64,000 bases of DNA from an uncultured Gemmatimonadaceae bacterium (GTDB lineage: Bacteria; Gemmatimonadota; Gemmatimonadetes; Gemmatimonadales; Gemmatimonadaceae), in the NCBI GenBank assembly GCA_963716745.1, contig OY970320.1:2304001-2368000 (forward strand), given 5' to 3'. The notes beneath the pieces were generated by a model, which saw only the letters and a list, made by a program, of their open reading frames with translations, had not been told where the DNA came from and ran no database searches. This document shows, piece by piece, positions 31,978 to 42,762 of the stretch (positions are counted from its first letter, which is position 1; each line of letters opens with the position of its first letter). A program made the position numbers and the translations under genes.

Positions 31978-32030
31978 TGTCGCAAAGTGTCGCGCGACAA
32001 ACCCCCGTTGTCGCGCGACACTTTGCGACA
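31978..32030. promoter_or_regulatory. perfect 23-bp inverted repeat, candidate activator binding site upstream of rhs1
   Basis: TGTCGCAAAGTGTCGCGCGACAA-N7-TTGTCGCGCGACACTTTGCGACA; arms identical to 37131-37183. Confidence 0.75.
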
Positions 32031-32090
32031 GTGCCCTCCATCGGAAAACAAAACTCGTTGTGGCCGAGTGGCTTGGCGATGTGGAAGAGT

Positions 32091-32106
32091 TGGCACCGGA
32101 CGTGCT
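32091..32106 (+). promoter_or_regulatory. sigma-54 promoter of rhs1
   Basis: TGGCACCGGACGTGCT (GG-N10-GC). Confidence 0.75.
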
Positions 32107-32151
32107 TAGTAGCGTGGCGAATGACTCCACCCTTCGCCATCGGAGCTGACA

Positions 32152-35100
32152 ATGTCGTCCTCCCCCAGGTCTGTTGCCTCCCGCCGGTTCCTGTCGCTCT
32201 CAACGATGGCGGCCGCATTGATCATGCTCGCCGTACCCGCCCAACGGCTTGTCGCGCAGTGCTCCGGCCAACTGCAAACCATAAGCCCTTGCACAATATC
32301 GTTTCGATACCCTACCAGCACGGTAGCGCAAGCCGTCAACTACTTGATCACCAATTCCAATCGCATCAATGCCGCGAGTTATAGTCTGACATGTACGCCT
32401 TCTCCTTCGTCGTTGGCGAGTTGCTCCGTGCCGGGAGTCGTGGTCGTGCCAGCGGGCGGGAGCAAGGGATTTGCAATGCATTTTACCACGGGCAGCGCAG
32501 GAGGCTCGGGAACCATTACCGTGTCCGCCTCGGGCGGCAATGACGACCTCAGTGCGACTGTGAATCTTACGGTGGACCCCATGTCGATCACGCCGAAGGG
32601 GGCCGTAGCCGTCGACACACCCAGCACCGCCTACAAACAGATCTTTGTGGTCAGGAACACATCGTTCACGCCCGACACGTTGAACATTACCGTCAGCTGC
32701 GACGCGGCCATTGCATCGACGTGCACGCGGAGCCCGACTTCGCTCATCCTCGGTGCGGGGACAAGCGCCAATGACACCGTGAGCTATACCACTCAGGGCG
32801 AGAACAAGACCGGCTTGGTTCGCCTCATCGGCGTGATGAGCACCCACAGTACTGTGGCGGATACCGGCTGGGTCTCGGTCTCCGTCCCTGCGCCGCAACC
32901 GCCCGTTGTCTCGGCGCTGCCCACGAACGGGGATAACCACGCCGCAGCGCTGTGTTTATTGCAATGCTTCGACATGGTGACGAGCTACAGCACGCCGTCG
33001 TATACAAGCCGCGACGAACCACGATCCGCGACGCTCGTATATAACTCGGCGCAGGCAGCGCCAATGGGTGAGGTCGCGTTTGATGTGACCGATCCGACGC
33101 TGCGAGCTCCGGTCATCTCATTGTCTTTGCAACGCCCGAATGGGAGCAACGTCACGTTTACGAACGGCAATACAGAGCTGTATTGGAATGACTCGATCCC
33201 CGGTGCGACGGCGCGCGTGAGCGCGCAATTCTATGACAGTACACTGACGACGGGAGTATACGATTACACGGCCATTGTGAAGCTGCGTTGGACCAAGCAC
33301 CTGGATAGCGGGACAGTCACGCAAACGAACGTCCCGGTGCAGGTCCTCATCGTGAATGAACGGGCCAGTGTGTACGGAGCCGGATGGTCCCTCGCAGGCG
33401 CGCAGCGCCTCTATTTCCCGGCACTACCCGACACCAACATGATCCTGGTGAGCGACGGAGAGGGAGGGCTGGCACGTTTCGCCCGCTGGGGGCCGCTCAC
33501 GGCCAATCCGGCTGCCGCGGACTTCAGCACGATCACGACCGTGAAGAGCGGCGGCACGATCACCGGGTATGTTCGCGGATATGCCGACAGCACGAACCTT
33601 CGGTTCTCGGCGACCGGCTACTTGCTGAGTGTGAAGAATCGCTTTGGCGACAGCACCCGCTATCACTATGATGCCTCGAATCGCGTTGACAGCATCATCG
33701 ATCCGGCAGGGAAGGCGTTGGTGCTCGCGTACAGCAGCAACAAGATCAGCACGATCACCGATCCCGGTGGACGCGTGAGCCAGTTCACGGTGAACGCGAA
33801 CGGCGACCTTGCCACGATCAAGGACCCGACCGGCGCCACCACGTTCACGGGCACGTACGACACCACATCCGCGCCGACTACCGCCAAGCGCCATCATCTG
33901 CTCCAGCGCACTGATCGGCGCGGGAGTTCCTGGATCGCGACATACGACTTTGCGGGCAAGATCGCAACCGACAGCACGCCGCCCGTCTATGCCGATAGCG
34001 CTACAAAGCGGATAGGGAAGAGGTATCAATCGCTAGAAGTCGCCCAGTTGATCGACCCTGGATCGGGGTTAGGAACCTCAACCACCAACTACGCTCCGGA
34101 GCTTATTTCGTCTAACGTTCGACTTCTCGTGACCGCGTCCAATGGCGACTTCATGAGGTACGCTGTGGATCGGTTCGGGGCATCGACTCTCGTCGAGCAT
34201 CCGTGGGGCCTATCCACCGAGACTATCACGCGGGACGCGAACTCGCTTCCTACGCGCGCTCTGTCGGTACTCAATGGAAAGACGCTCGTGAATCAGGTCG
34301 TGGTTTACTCCCTGAACGGATCGCCGATCACTCAGGTCGACAGTCTCACGAAGGGCACCACGACGATCAGCTACGATACCAAATACAATCTCGTGACCTC
34401 AGTGAGCGGAGCTGTTGCAACGGTCTTTGCCAACTTCCTGAATGCGACGAAGAGCTGGGTCGACAGCACGCGCTTCGGCGTGTGCTGCTCGGACAGCACA
34501 GTGATCTATGTGCATGACACCCATGGGCGCACGACTCTTGTCCGAGACCAACAGCGGGATAGCACCGTATATTCCTTCGCCGCCGACGCATCGTTCGGCA
34601 ATCTTCTGTCGATTCAATTCGGCAACCGCCTGACTCAGATTCGGTACGACGGATATGGCCGTGCCGTCCGAGTACTCAATCCGAAGCGCGACAGCCTTAC
34701 TGTTTCGCTTGACTCGCTGAACCGCGCGCGGTCGGTGACCGATCCGGAGGGCGCGGCGGTAACGTATGGCTACGATTCGCTCTATCTCAAGTCCGTAACG
34801 GATAGGAAGGGGCAAAGCTATTCATTCGCGCGAGATGCGCTCGGTTGGGTGGATACGCTCACGAATTCCAACTCTGGCGATTCATTGACGCATCGCCTCG
34901 ACATATTTTGGTACTCCGCGCGAGGCTCGACCATCGCGCACTTCGACCGGCAGACGCCGCGAGTCCGCACGAGCTTCACCTACGACTCTCTCGGAAGGTT
35001 GCACTCGCGAACTCTTGGAAACGGCCAAACGACTACTTATGCGTACGATCCGAGCGGGCTCTCGCGCGCAGCCTCCAACGGAGAGTCGATCGATACATTA

Positions 35101-36987
35101 TCCGCAGACAGCGCCGCGATGCATCGAATCCAAGTCACACACCGTGGGACCCACCGATACACGGTTGCTCTCACGGCTGATTCCGTCGGCTACTTACGAA
35201 CGGTCGCCACTACGGCCGATGGCTCTACGTTGAAATCGGTCGCTCTCGACTACGATCTCGTAGGCCGATTGGCCTCGCTCACCGTGGGCGGCAATCAGAC
35301 ATCTCTCTCCTACAATAGAGATGGTATCCTCACGCAGGTCGCTCTTCCTACCCTCCCTGTGTTCTACGTCTATGACTCGGTGACCGCGGGCCACATGCCG
35401 TTCAAGGCGGATTACTCGATTACCGCCCTCGATCAGGCGTTCGGTGCGATCTACACGAGAGACACTTTGGATCGTATCGTGCAGCGCACGAAAGTGGCCC
35501 TCGATACGAGTTGGACGTACGCCTACGGCAATCTTGGGCGACTGACGGCGTATCAGGCCCTGAGTGACACTTCTGCGGAGACGTGCACACCTGATCAATT
35601 TCACCAGGATGGCCAGATCTGCACGAGCGCGCACGGACAGAAGGTGATCACACAGTCGAATTTCACGTATGACTCCGTGGGGAACCGAACCGACAATAGT
35701 GCAGTGCTCATCGCCGGCAATCGACTCACGAGCTTCAATGGCTTCACGCTTTCGTACGACTACAATGGCAACCTGACACACAAGTCCACCACGGGCTTCG
35801 ATCAGTACTATTACTGGAACAGCATTGGTGAGCTCGACAGCGTCAAGACCTTGAGAAGTGGAGTCGTCGATAGCGTCAGCTTCGGCTACGATGGATTCGG
35901 GCGCCGGGTGCGGAAGAGTCATATCGGCCATACGCTGCGCTACGTCTACAACGGCGACGACGTGATGGCCGAGATCGACTCGGCGACGGGCGCGGCGGTG
36001 CGCGTCTATACGTACTATGGACCGGATGTCCCACACTCTGTGACAAAGCAGGGAAAGACCGAGTACTATTTGCAGGACTTCGCGGCTGGACACGTCGTTG
36101 CGCTGATCGACAGCAACCGGGTAGTACGCGAGCGTTATCGCTATGGCCCGTGGGGGCAAGCGGAGGATTCGATGATAGCGGACACGGTCGCTCAGCCATA
36201 CCGCTACGCTGGAGGCACCTACGACCCCGAAACGCAACTCTACTATTTCCGCGCGAGGTACTACGATCCAGCGTTAGCTCGCTTCATCTCCGAAGATCCT
36301 ATCGGTCTCGGTGGCGGCATCAATCAGTACGCATACGTGCAGGATCAACCCATCGACGCGAGTGATCTGAGTGGAATGGTAGTAATAAAGGCGTGCCCCT
36401 ACGCCTTGCCTGACGGATACTACGTGTGTCGCCTTCCGGGAGGGCAGCTACTCATCAACAACGCCTCGTCGGCTATCTCTGGTCTGATTGGGATGCCTGC
36501 CTGCCTCCCTGAGGATTTGGGATGCTGGTACCCAACCGGCGATGATTCGCCGAAGACGGGAACTGGGGATTCATTGATGGATGCGTCGCTGAAGTTTGAG
36601 AAGTGCTTGCGGGACGGCACGGATCCCACAGGCTGTATTCCACAACCGCCTTCGGTGTCTGTAGCGTGCGGTGGCGACACCGGGCAGTACTTGTTCCAGT
36701 GCGACTGGTGGGTGGTAACGATCGTGGAGGCTCCGATGTTTTTCGTTCCGACCGATCCCAAGGGTGCGAGCAAGCCTACATTGCCTTACGATCCGATTCT
36801 CAAGTGCGCGATGGACACCGCCTGTCCCGTAATAGGGGCGGCCTCTTCACCGAAGCGCTACGAGTCTAGCTTCCCTGCGATAACATCCTCCGCGACGGGC
36901 TACTGCTCTAACATTGAGGCACTCGCGGCGGGAGCGGCACTCATTTGGGAGAGGTTCAGTGCAATCCTCATGGCGTGTTCACAATAG
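32152..36987 (+). CDS. RHS/YD-repeat protein with signal peptide, Ig-like N-terminal region and Cys-rich C-terminal domain
   Basis: many YD repeats; RHS core YYFRARYYDPALARFISEDPIGLGGGINQYAYV..P....DLSG; hydrophobic N-terminal signal. Confidence 0.92.
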   Translation: MSSSPRSVASRRFLSLSTMAAALIMLAVPAQRLVAQCSGQLQTISPCTISFRYPTSTVAQAVNYLITNSNRINAASYSLTCTPSPSSLASCSVPGVVVVPAGGSKGFAMHFTTGSAGGSGTITVSASGGNDDLSATVNLTVDPMSITPKGAVAVDTPSTAYKQIFVVRNTSFTPDTLNITVSCDAAIASTCTRSPTSLILGAGTSANDTVSYTTQGENKTGLVRLIGVMSTHSTVADTGWVSVSVPAPQPPVVSALPTNGDNHAAALCLLQCFDMVTSYSTPSYTSRDEPRSATLVYNSAQAAPMGEVAFDVTDPTLRAPVISLSLQRPNGSNVTFTNGNTELYWNDSIPGATARVSAQFYDSTLTTGVYDYTAIVKLRWTKHLDSGTVTQTNVPVQVLIVNERASVYGAGWSLAGAQRLYFPALPDTNMILVSDGEGGLARFARWGPLTANPAAADFSTITTVKSGGTITGYVRGYADSTNLRFSATGYLLSVKNRFGDSTRYHYDASNRVDSIIDPAGKALVLAYSSNKISTITDPGGRVSQFTVNANGDLATIKDPTGATTFTGTYDTTSAPTTAKRHHLLQRTDRRGSSWIATYDFAGKIATDSTPPVYADSATKRIGKRYQSLEVAQLIDPGSGLGTSTTNYAPELISSNVRLLVTASNGDFMRYAVDRFGASTLVEHPWGLSTETITRDANSLPTRALSVLNGKTLVNQVVVYSLNGSPITQVDSLTKGTTTISYDTKYNLVTSVSGAVATVFANFLNATKSWVDSTRFGVCCSDSTVIYVHDTHGRTTLVRDQQRDSTVYSFAADASFGNLLSIQFGNRLTQIRYDGYGRAVRVLNPKRDSLTVSLDSLNRARSVTDPEGAAVTYGYDSLYLKSVTDRKGQSYSFARDALGWVDTLTNSNSGDSLTHRLDIFWYSARGSTIAHFDRQTPRVRTSFTYDSLGRLHSRTLGNGQTTTYAYDPSGLSRAASNGESIDTLSADSAAMHRIQVTHRGTHRYTVALTADSVGYLRTVATTADGSTLKSVALDYDLVGRLASLTVGGNQTSLSYNRDGILTQVALPTLPVFYVYDSVTAGHMPFKADYSITALDQAFGAIYTRDTLDRIVQRTKVALDTSWTYAYGNLGRLTAYQALSDTSAETCTPDQFHQDGQICTSAHGQKVITQSNFTYDSVGNRTDNSAVLIAGNRLTSFNGFTLSYDYNGNLTHKSTTGFDQYYYWNSIGELDSVKTLRSGVVDSVSFGYDGFGRRVRKSHIGHTLRYVYNGDDVMAEIDSATGAAVRVYTYYGPDVPHSVTKQGKTEYYLQDFAAGHVVALIDSNRVVRERYRYGPWGQAEDSMIADTVAQPYRYAGGTYDPETQLYYFRARYYDPALARFISEDPIGLGGGINQYAYVQDQPIDASDLSGMVVIKACPYALPDGYYVCRLPGGQLLINNASSAISGLIGMPACLPEDLGCWYPTGDDSPKTGTGDSLMDASLKFEKCLRDGTDPTGCIPQPPSVSVACGGDTGQYLFQCDWWVVTIVEAPMFFVPTDPKGASKPTLPYDPILKCAMDTACPVIGAASSPKRYESSFPAITSSATGYCSNIEALAAGAALIWERFSAILMACSQ

Positions 36988-37046
36988 GAATCAGTGCAGT
37001 TCCGACCGTAGGCGCATTGCGTAGGTAGGACCGTTAACAGACGCAA

Positions 37047-37084
37047 GAGCGACGTCGCGCGCGCAGTTCGCCGCGACGTCGCTC
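37047..37084 (+). terminator. GC-rich hairpin after rhs1
   Basis: GAGCGACGTCGCG-N12-CGCGACGTCGCTC; no strong U tract. Confidence 0.4.
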
Positions 37085-37130
37085 GTGCCTTGTATCCGTG
37101 GCTGGAACGGTGGCCCGACCGCGCTGCGAT

Positions 37131-37183
37131 TGTCGCAAAGTGTCGCGCGACAACCGGGCTTTGTCGCGCGACACTTTGCGACA
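37131..37183. promoter_or_regulatory. second copy of the 23-bp inverted repeat, upstream of rhs2
   Basis: arms identical to 31978-32030, different 7-nt spacer. Confidence 0.75.
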
Positions 37184-37244
37184 ATGGGACCGCGGCAAAA
37201 AATGAACTCCTTGCAGCCTAGTCACTTAGCGCAGTAACAGGTGG

Positions 37245-37260
37245 TGGCACTAAACCTGCC
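37245..37260 (+). promoter_or_regulatory. sigma-54 promoter of rhs2
   Basis: TGGCACTAAACCTGCC (GG-N10-GC), ~61 bp after the palindrome, as at rhs1. Confidence 0.75.
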
Positions 37261-37301
37261 TTAGTGCAGAGCGACGACCCACACTCCATCAGGAGCCGGC
37301 C

Positions 37302-40300
37302 ATGTCGCTCAGCCATGTTCTTGCGCCTTTGTTCGCCGTCATTGCTGTGGTTCCGCCGACACCCCCGGCACCCGCGACCGCGCCGAGCAGTGCGCCGACG
37401 CCGACGCGCCTCTTCTTGTGCCCCGGGACGGTCGAGCAGCTGAGCCCCTGTACGGCTTCAGGGAGCACGACCACGAACAATCAGTTCCAAGAGGTATACG
37501 GGCTCTCGAACAACTCGATCGAGGATGATGACGTATCGATCGAGCTCTCCGGCCTGTCGAGCTCGATAGCGACGTGCACCTCGAACGTCCCCGACGTGAC
37601 CGTTCGATCGCATGGCGCCGCCAATTTCATCGTGACCTGCACAGGTGGCGCTGGCGGAGGCTCGGGAAATCTGACTGTCACTACCCTCGGCATCGCGGAA
37701 CTCACTTCCACCTTGACCGTGACGGTCACCGCCCCGAGCACCATTTCCGTGACTCCACAGACCACGTTGAACACCACGGCCCTTCCGAATACGGCTTACA
37801 AGCAGATCTACACCATCACCAATCTCTCCAGTACGGCAGTGAGCGATAGCACGTTCGTCACGTGCGACGCGGGCGAGACCTCGTGTTCGGTGAAGCCGAG
37901 AGTCCTATCGCTCGGCGGGAACGCCTCGGGAACGGATACCCTTTTCTATTCATCGGTTGGTTCAGGTACCAGCGGAACCGCGACCCACACGGCTAAAGTG
38001 ACCGGTCAACCGAACTCCGTTGCGACGAGCACGATCTCTGTGGCCGTGCCCGCTGCAATGGCGCCGAGCGTGGGTTCCTACCCGCAGAACGGCGACATTC
38101 GCTCGCCCGGGATGTGCGCTGTGTCCTGCCTCGATAAAGTCGCAGCGTTCAGCACGCCAGCATACACCAGCTATGACACCCCACGTTCCGTGACGCTCTT
38201 CTACTCGAGCGCACAGGCCGCGCCAATGGGAGAGGTCCAGCTGCAGGTTGCTAATGCGAGTGCGCGCCCTCCGAATCGAGATGTCGCTCCAGCTGCAGCG
38301 CCCCAATGCTAGCTTCGTGACGTTCACGAACGGCGCGAACGAGCTCTTTTGGAGCCAGCCCTCGACCGCTTTTTATAGGATTGGAGGGCAGTTCGACGCG
38401 AGTATGCTCACGACCGGGGTGTATAACTACACCGCCATCGTGAAGTCCCGCTGGACGCTGCACGGACCCGATAGCGGTACCGTTACGCAAACGACCGTGG
38501 CCGTGAAGGTATTGATCGTAAACGGGCGAAATGGATCTTACGGCACCGGCTGGTCGGTGGCGGGCCTGCACCGCCTTCGCTTCCCGGTTGCGCCGGACAC
38601 CCTCACGATCCTGGACACCAATGGGTCCGGCGGGATTGTGCGATTCACGCAGGCGTCGAAGAATGCGGTGGCTGTCCCAGCGGCGGCAGACTATACCACG
38701 ATCACCACCACACTGAGCGGATCGACCGTCACCGGCTATAAGCGGATCTTCCCGAGTGGCGACACGCTCTTCTACTCATCCACCGGCTACCTGATCCTCT
38801 CGAAGAACCGGCTTGGCGACAGCACGCGCTTCCACTACAACGCGAGCTCGTTGTTGGACAGCATCATCGATCCAGCGGGGAAGGCGGTGAAGCTGCTCTA
38901 TACGGGGAACGGGTTGTTCAGCATCACGGACCCTGGTGGCCGCGTGACCATGTTCAACATCGCCGCGGTCGGCGGCGATATGCAGAACATCACCGACGCA
39001 ACGGGCACGATCGCGTTCGCCGGGACCTACGATGCCTCACATCGCCTGACGCAGGCGATCGACCGGAGCGGCACGAACACGTGGCTGAGCCGCTACGACT
39101 TCGCCGGCAAGCTTGCATCGGACAGCACACCGGCCGTATGGGCGGATAGCACCACAGCCAGAATCGGCGGACGTTATCATTCGCTCCAATCGGCCTTCCT
39201 CATCGACCCCGCCTCTGGGAAGGGCACGGCAGCGAACGCCGCAACTCCCGTGCTGGAGGATAGCATTCGCGTGGCGGTCGTTTCGCCAAGCGGCGATTCT
39301 GTGCGATACGCCCTGGATCGGTACGGGGCACCGACGATCACCGACATGCCGAATCAGAAGACCACGATCGTGACCGCGCGGAACCCCGACGGCACGGTGT
39401 ATCACTCGATCACGACGGCGCGGGGAAGGGTGGTCTCCACGATCTGGACGTGGTGGGTCAACGGCCAGGTGATCACGACCACGGACAGCATCACAAACGC
39501 GACGATCGTCTATACATACGACAGTAAGTACGGTTTACTGACGGACGTCGGTGGGAATACGACTCCGGTAAAGAACTTCCTGAATCTGGCAAAGAGCTGG
39601 GTAGACAGCACCCGCACCGGAACGTGTGGCGCATGCACCGACAGTGTGACGCGGTACTCGCACGAATCGCACGGCCGGCTTAACAAACTCATCGATCCGC
39701 AGCTCGACACCACGGTGTACACTTTCGACACGGCGAGCGCAGGATTCAAGAATCTGCTCTCGACTCGGCAGGGCCCTCATACCACCACTCTCCGGTACGA
39801 CGGGTATGGTCGAGCAGTCCGTGTGATCAATGCGCGCGGAGACAGCGCGATCGTATCGCTCGACTCGCTCAATCGGACCAGGAATGTGAAGGGCCCGCAG
39901 GGCAGCATTGTGTCATACACTTACGACCCGCTCTTCCTGCGCACCGTCACGGACGCGAAGAGTCAGGTTTATTCGTACTATCGGAATGCGCTCGGCTGGA
40001 TGGACTCCGTGGTGAATGCGAACACCGGTGACCCGGCCGCTAATCGTGTGGATAAGTACGAGTACAGCAAGCTGGGGCTGACCAAGGCGCACATTAACCG
40101 TCGAGGTCAGCGCACGAGCATGACCTATGACCAACAGGGCCGCCTGCTCACGCTCAACCTTGCGGGTGGACGCGTCTCGAACTTCGCGTACGACACAGCG
40201 GGTCTCTGGGCGAAGGCCTGGAACGGAGAGTCGTTCGACAGTATACGCACGGACAGTACGGGCCTCTGGACGGTCCAGTACACGAAACGTGGGACGCACT

Positions 40301-42230
40301 GGTTCACGGACAGCTCCACGGTGGATATCACCGGTTTGCCGCAATCGTTCACCGTCAAGGGGGAGACCAGCACGTTGTCCGCCATCACGTATGGCTACGA
40401 CTCGAATCGACGTCTTAATTCGATGACGGTCGACGGTAAGCTCACGAGCTTTGTCCACAACCGCGATGGCATGCTGACTTCCCTGAGTCTCCCAACCTCA
40501 CCGCAGCAGACCATCGGTTTTTCAGTCACGCGCGGCCACGAGGACTATTCAGTAACGTACTCGAAGCCGCCGAACACTCTCTACGATCAGCTCGCTGCAT
40601 ATCTCAACTTTGACTCGCTCGGCCGGATCCGTCAGCGGATCAAGCTGCGCCAGGATACGACAAGGTCGTACGCGTACGATTCGGTCGCGCGACTGACCAA
40701 TTATCAGGTCTTGCAGGACACCTCGGCATTGAGCTGCCTCGTCGATGCCGCGGGCTTCGCGGGAGAGCGTTGCACGAGCGCGCACGGCGAGAAAGTCCTT
40801 TCTCAAACGACGTTCACATACGACAGCGTCGGAAACCCGACCGATGGCGGGGCGACAGTCATAGCCGGCAATAGATTGACGGCGTACAATGGCTACACTC
40901 TCACGTACGACTACGACGGCAACCTGACACATAAGCACAGTTCGACGTTCGACCAGCTTCTCTACTGGAACAGCATCGGGCAGCTCGACAGCGTGAAGAC
41001 GGGTACATCGCTAGTCAGCTATGGCTACAATGCAATGGGCCGTCGCGTACGCAAGACCACGGCGACCCAGTCTCTACGCTACATCTACGCCGGCAGTCAG
41101 ATGATCGCCGAGATAGATTCGGCCACCAATAGCGCGGTTCGGGTGTACTCCTATTACGGCACGGAGCCCCCCACAGCGTGAAAACAGCCACGGGTACCTA
41201 CTATTACATATCGGAAATGGGAACAGGTCACGTCGTCGCGCTGATCGACAGCCTCAATGTGGTGAAGAATCGGTACCGCTATAGCCCGTTCGGCCAGCTC
41301 GAGGATTCGAGCGAGACGATTCTTCAATCCGATCCGCTTCGCGGGCCGCGAATACGATGCGGAGACCCAACTCTACTTCAATCGCGCGCGATACTACGAC
41401 GCGAAGTCTCCGTCGGTTCGTGTCGGAGGACCCCATCGGCCTCGGCGGCGGGATAAACCAGTATGCGTACGCGAGCAATGACCCGATCAATCATCGGATC
41501 CGTGCGGTCTATTCTGACTGTTGGACCTCGACAGGAGTGCCCCGCCAACTAGGCGTCGAAACAGACGGCAGCTGCAGTGCATGGCGGCAGCGCGGGCGGC
41601 GGGGGCGGTGGTGGTGGCGGCGCCGGCGGGGATGGTGGACACTACGATTACGAATCAACCTACCACGAAGGCGGAGCTGTTGTGGTAGGCAATACTGGTG
41701 GTATTGGGGCCTGTAACCCAAATGTAATGGTGGGCGCAGATTACAAATGGTGCAATTCTAGCGGCGGACTGGTCGCGGGGGTCAACGGATACTGGACCTC
41801 TACTCTGGCCTGGGTTGCCAATGGTGGAACAATGTCAATGCCGCAGCCAATGAGTGGCGGCGGGGGCGGCGGTGGTGGTGGAGCCGACGGAAGTTCCCCG
41901 GCGTCTAGAGAGACGTTTGGGCAATGCCTGCTCAATAAGAACAAAGGCCTCGCGACAGACTTGTTGGTGGCGACAGGCATCGTTACGCCGATTGCGTACG
42001 GCATGTCGGTGGAATCAGGCGGGGCCGCCGCAGGCGCTATCGGAACTGGCGTCGCTAGGGGGCTCGGAACATTCGGTATCAGGACTCTCGTCGCGGAGGG
42101 CGCGACGGCGGCGACGGAGGGCGCTGCGGTCGCTGCTGGCGGGGCCGCACTTGCTGGCGCTGGATTCATTGCGTCGATTGTGCTAGTTACAGAGGCTGTC
42201 TTGGCGGTGGAGTGTGCGAACCACTGGTGA
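37302..42230 (+). CDS. second RHS/YD-repeat protein, paralogue of rhs1, split by several frameshifts (near 38270, 41170, 41330-41580)
   Basis: AGGAG RBS; ORFs 37302-38312, 38248-41181, 41178-41456, 41357-41716 and 41577-42230 are collinear with rhs1 (SAQAAPMGEV, IIDPAGKA, EDPIGLGGGINQYAY). Confidence 0.85.
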
Positions 42231-42274
42231 AGGCTGGTTCGCACCAGCCACTAGCACCTTCGAGGACGGAGGAG

Positions 42275-42577
42275 ATGAGTCCAACAAGCATGAACGATCC
42301 TGACCAGAAGGGTATTAGTGCCGCGAGCCGATTGGGTACCAATGCTCGGCCGATTGCGATTGGTGCGTTCGCGGGGTTCATCGCAGGAGTACTGCAGGTC
42401 GCGAGAGAGATCTATCATCACGACTTCGTCTCGTCGAGTTTGGAGCCGGGCGCACTGCCCCCGGTATTGCGGTCCGTTGGACTCATTCTATTCGCGATTG
42501 CCGTCGGGGCAGTCGTTTATCCACTCTTGATGGCGGGGTTGCAAGCCGTCGCGCGGAGGTCCGCGCGACCTCGATGA
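42275..42577 (+). CDS. small two-TM protein, candidate immunity protein for the rhs2 C-terminal domain
   Basis: GGAGGAG RBS, two hydrophobic helices, directly downstream of rhs2. Confidence 0.55.
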   Translation: MSPTSMNDPDQKGISAASRLGTNARPIAIGAFAGFIAGVLQVAREIYHHDFVSSSLEPGALPPVLRSVGLILFAIAVGAVVYPLLMAGLQAVARRSARPR

Positions 42578-42762
42578 ATGGGCATCGCAGAGGCTTGGTT
42601 GTCGGGGGCACGCGGCATCGCTGGAGTAGCGATAACGCATTTCGAACGTCGCCTGAGCCGGCGCGCATTCCTAGAATGTGCGAAGGCGTCAACTGTTCTT
42701 GTTAGTACGGCCCTTTACGATCGCTTGCGCGGGGCCGTTCTCGATTCCCGAATCCCGAGCCG

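Noticed and set aside
20450..42760. Secretion/RHS region as an integrative element or prophage
   Set aside because: No integrase, tRNA, terminal direct repeats or phage genes were seen, so a mobility mechanism cannot be supported.
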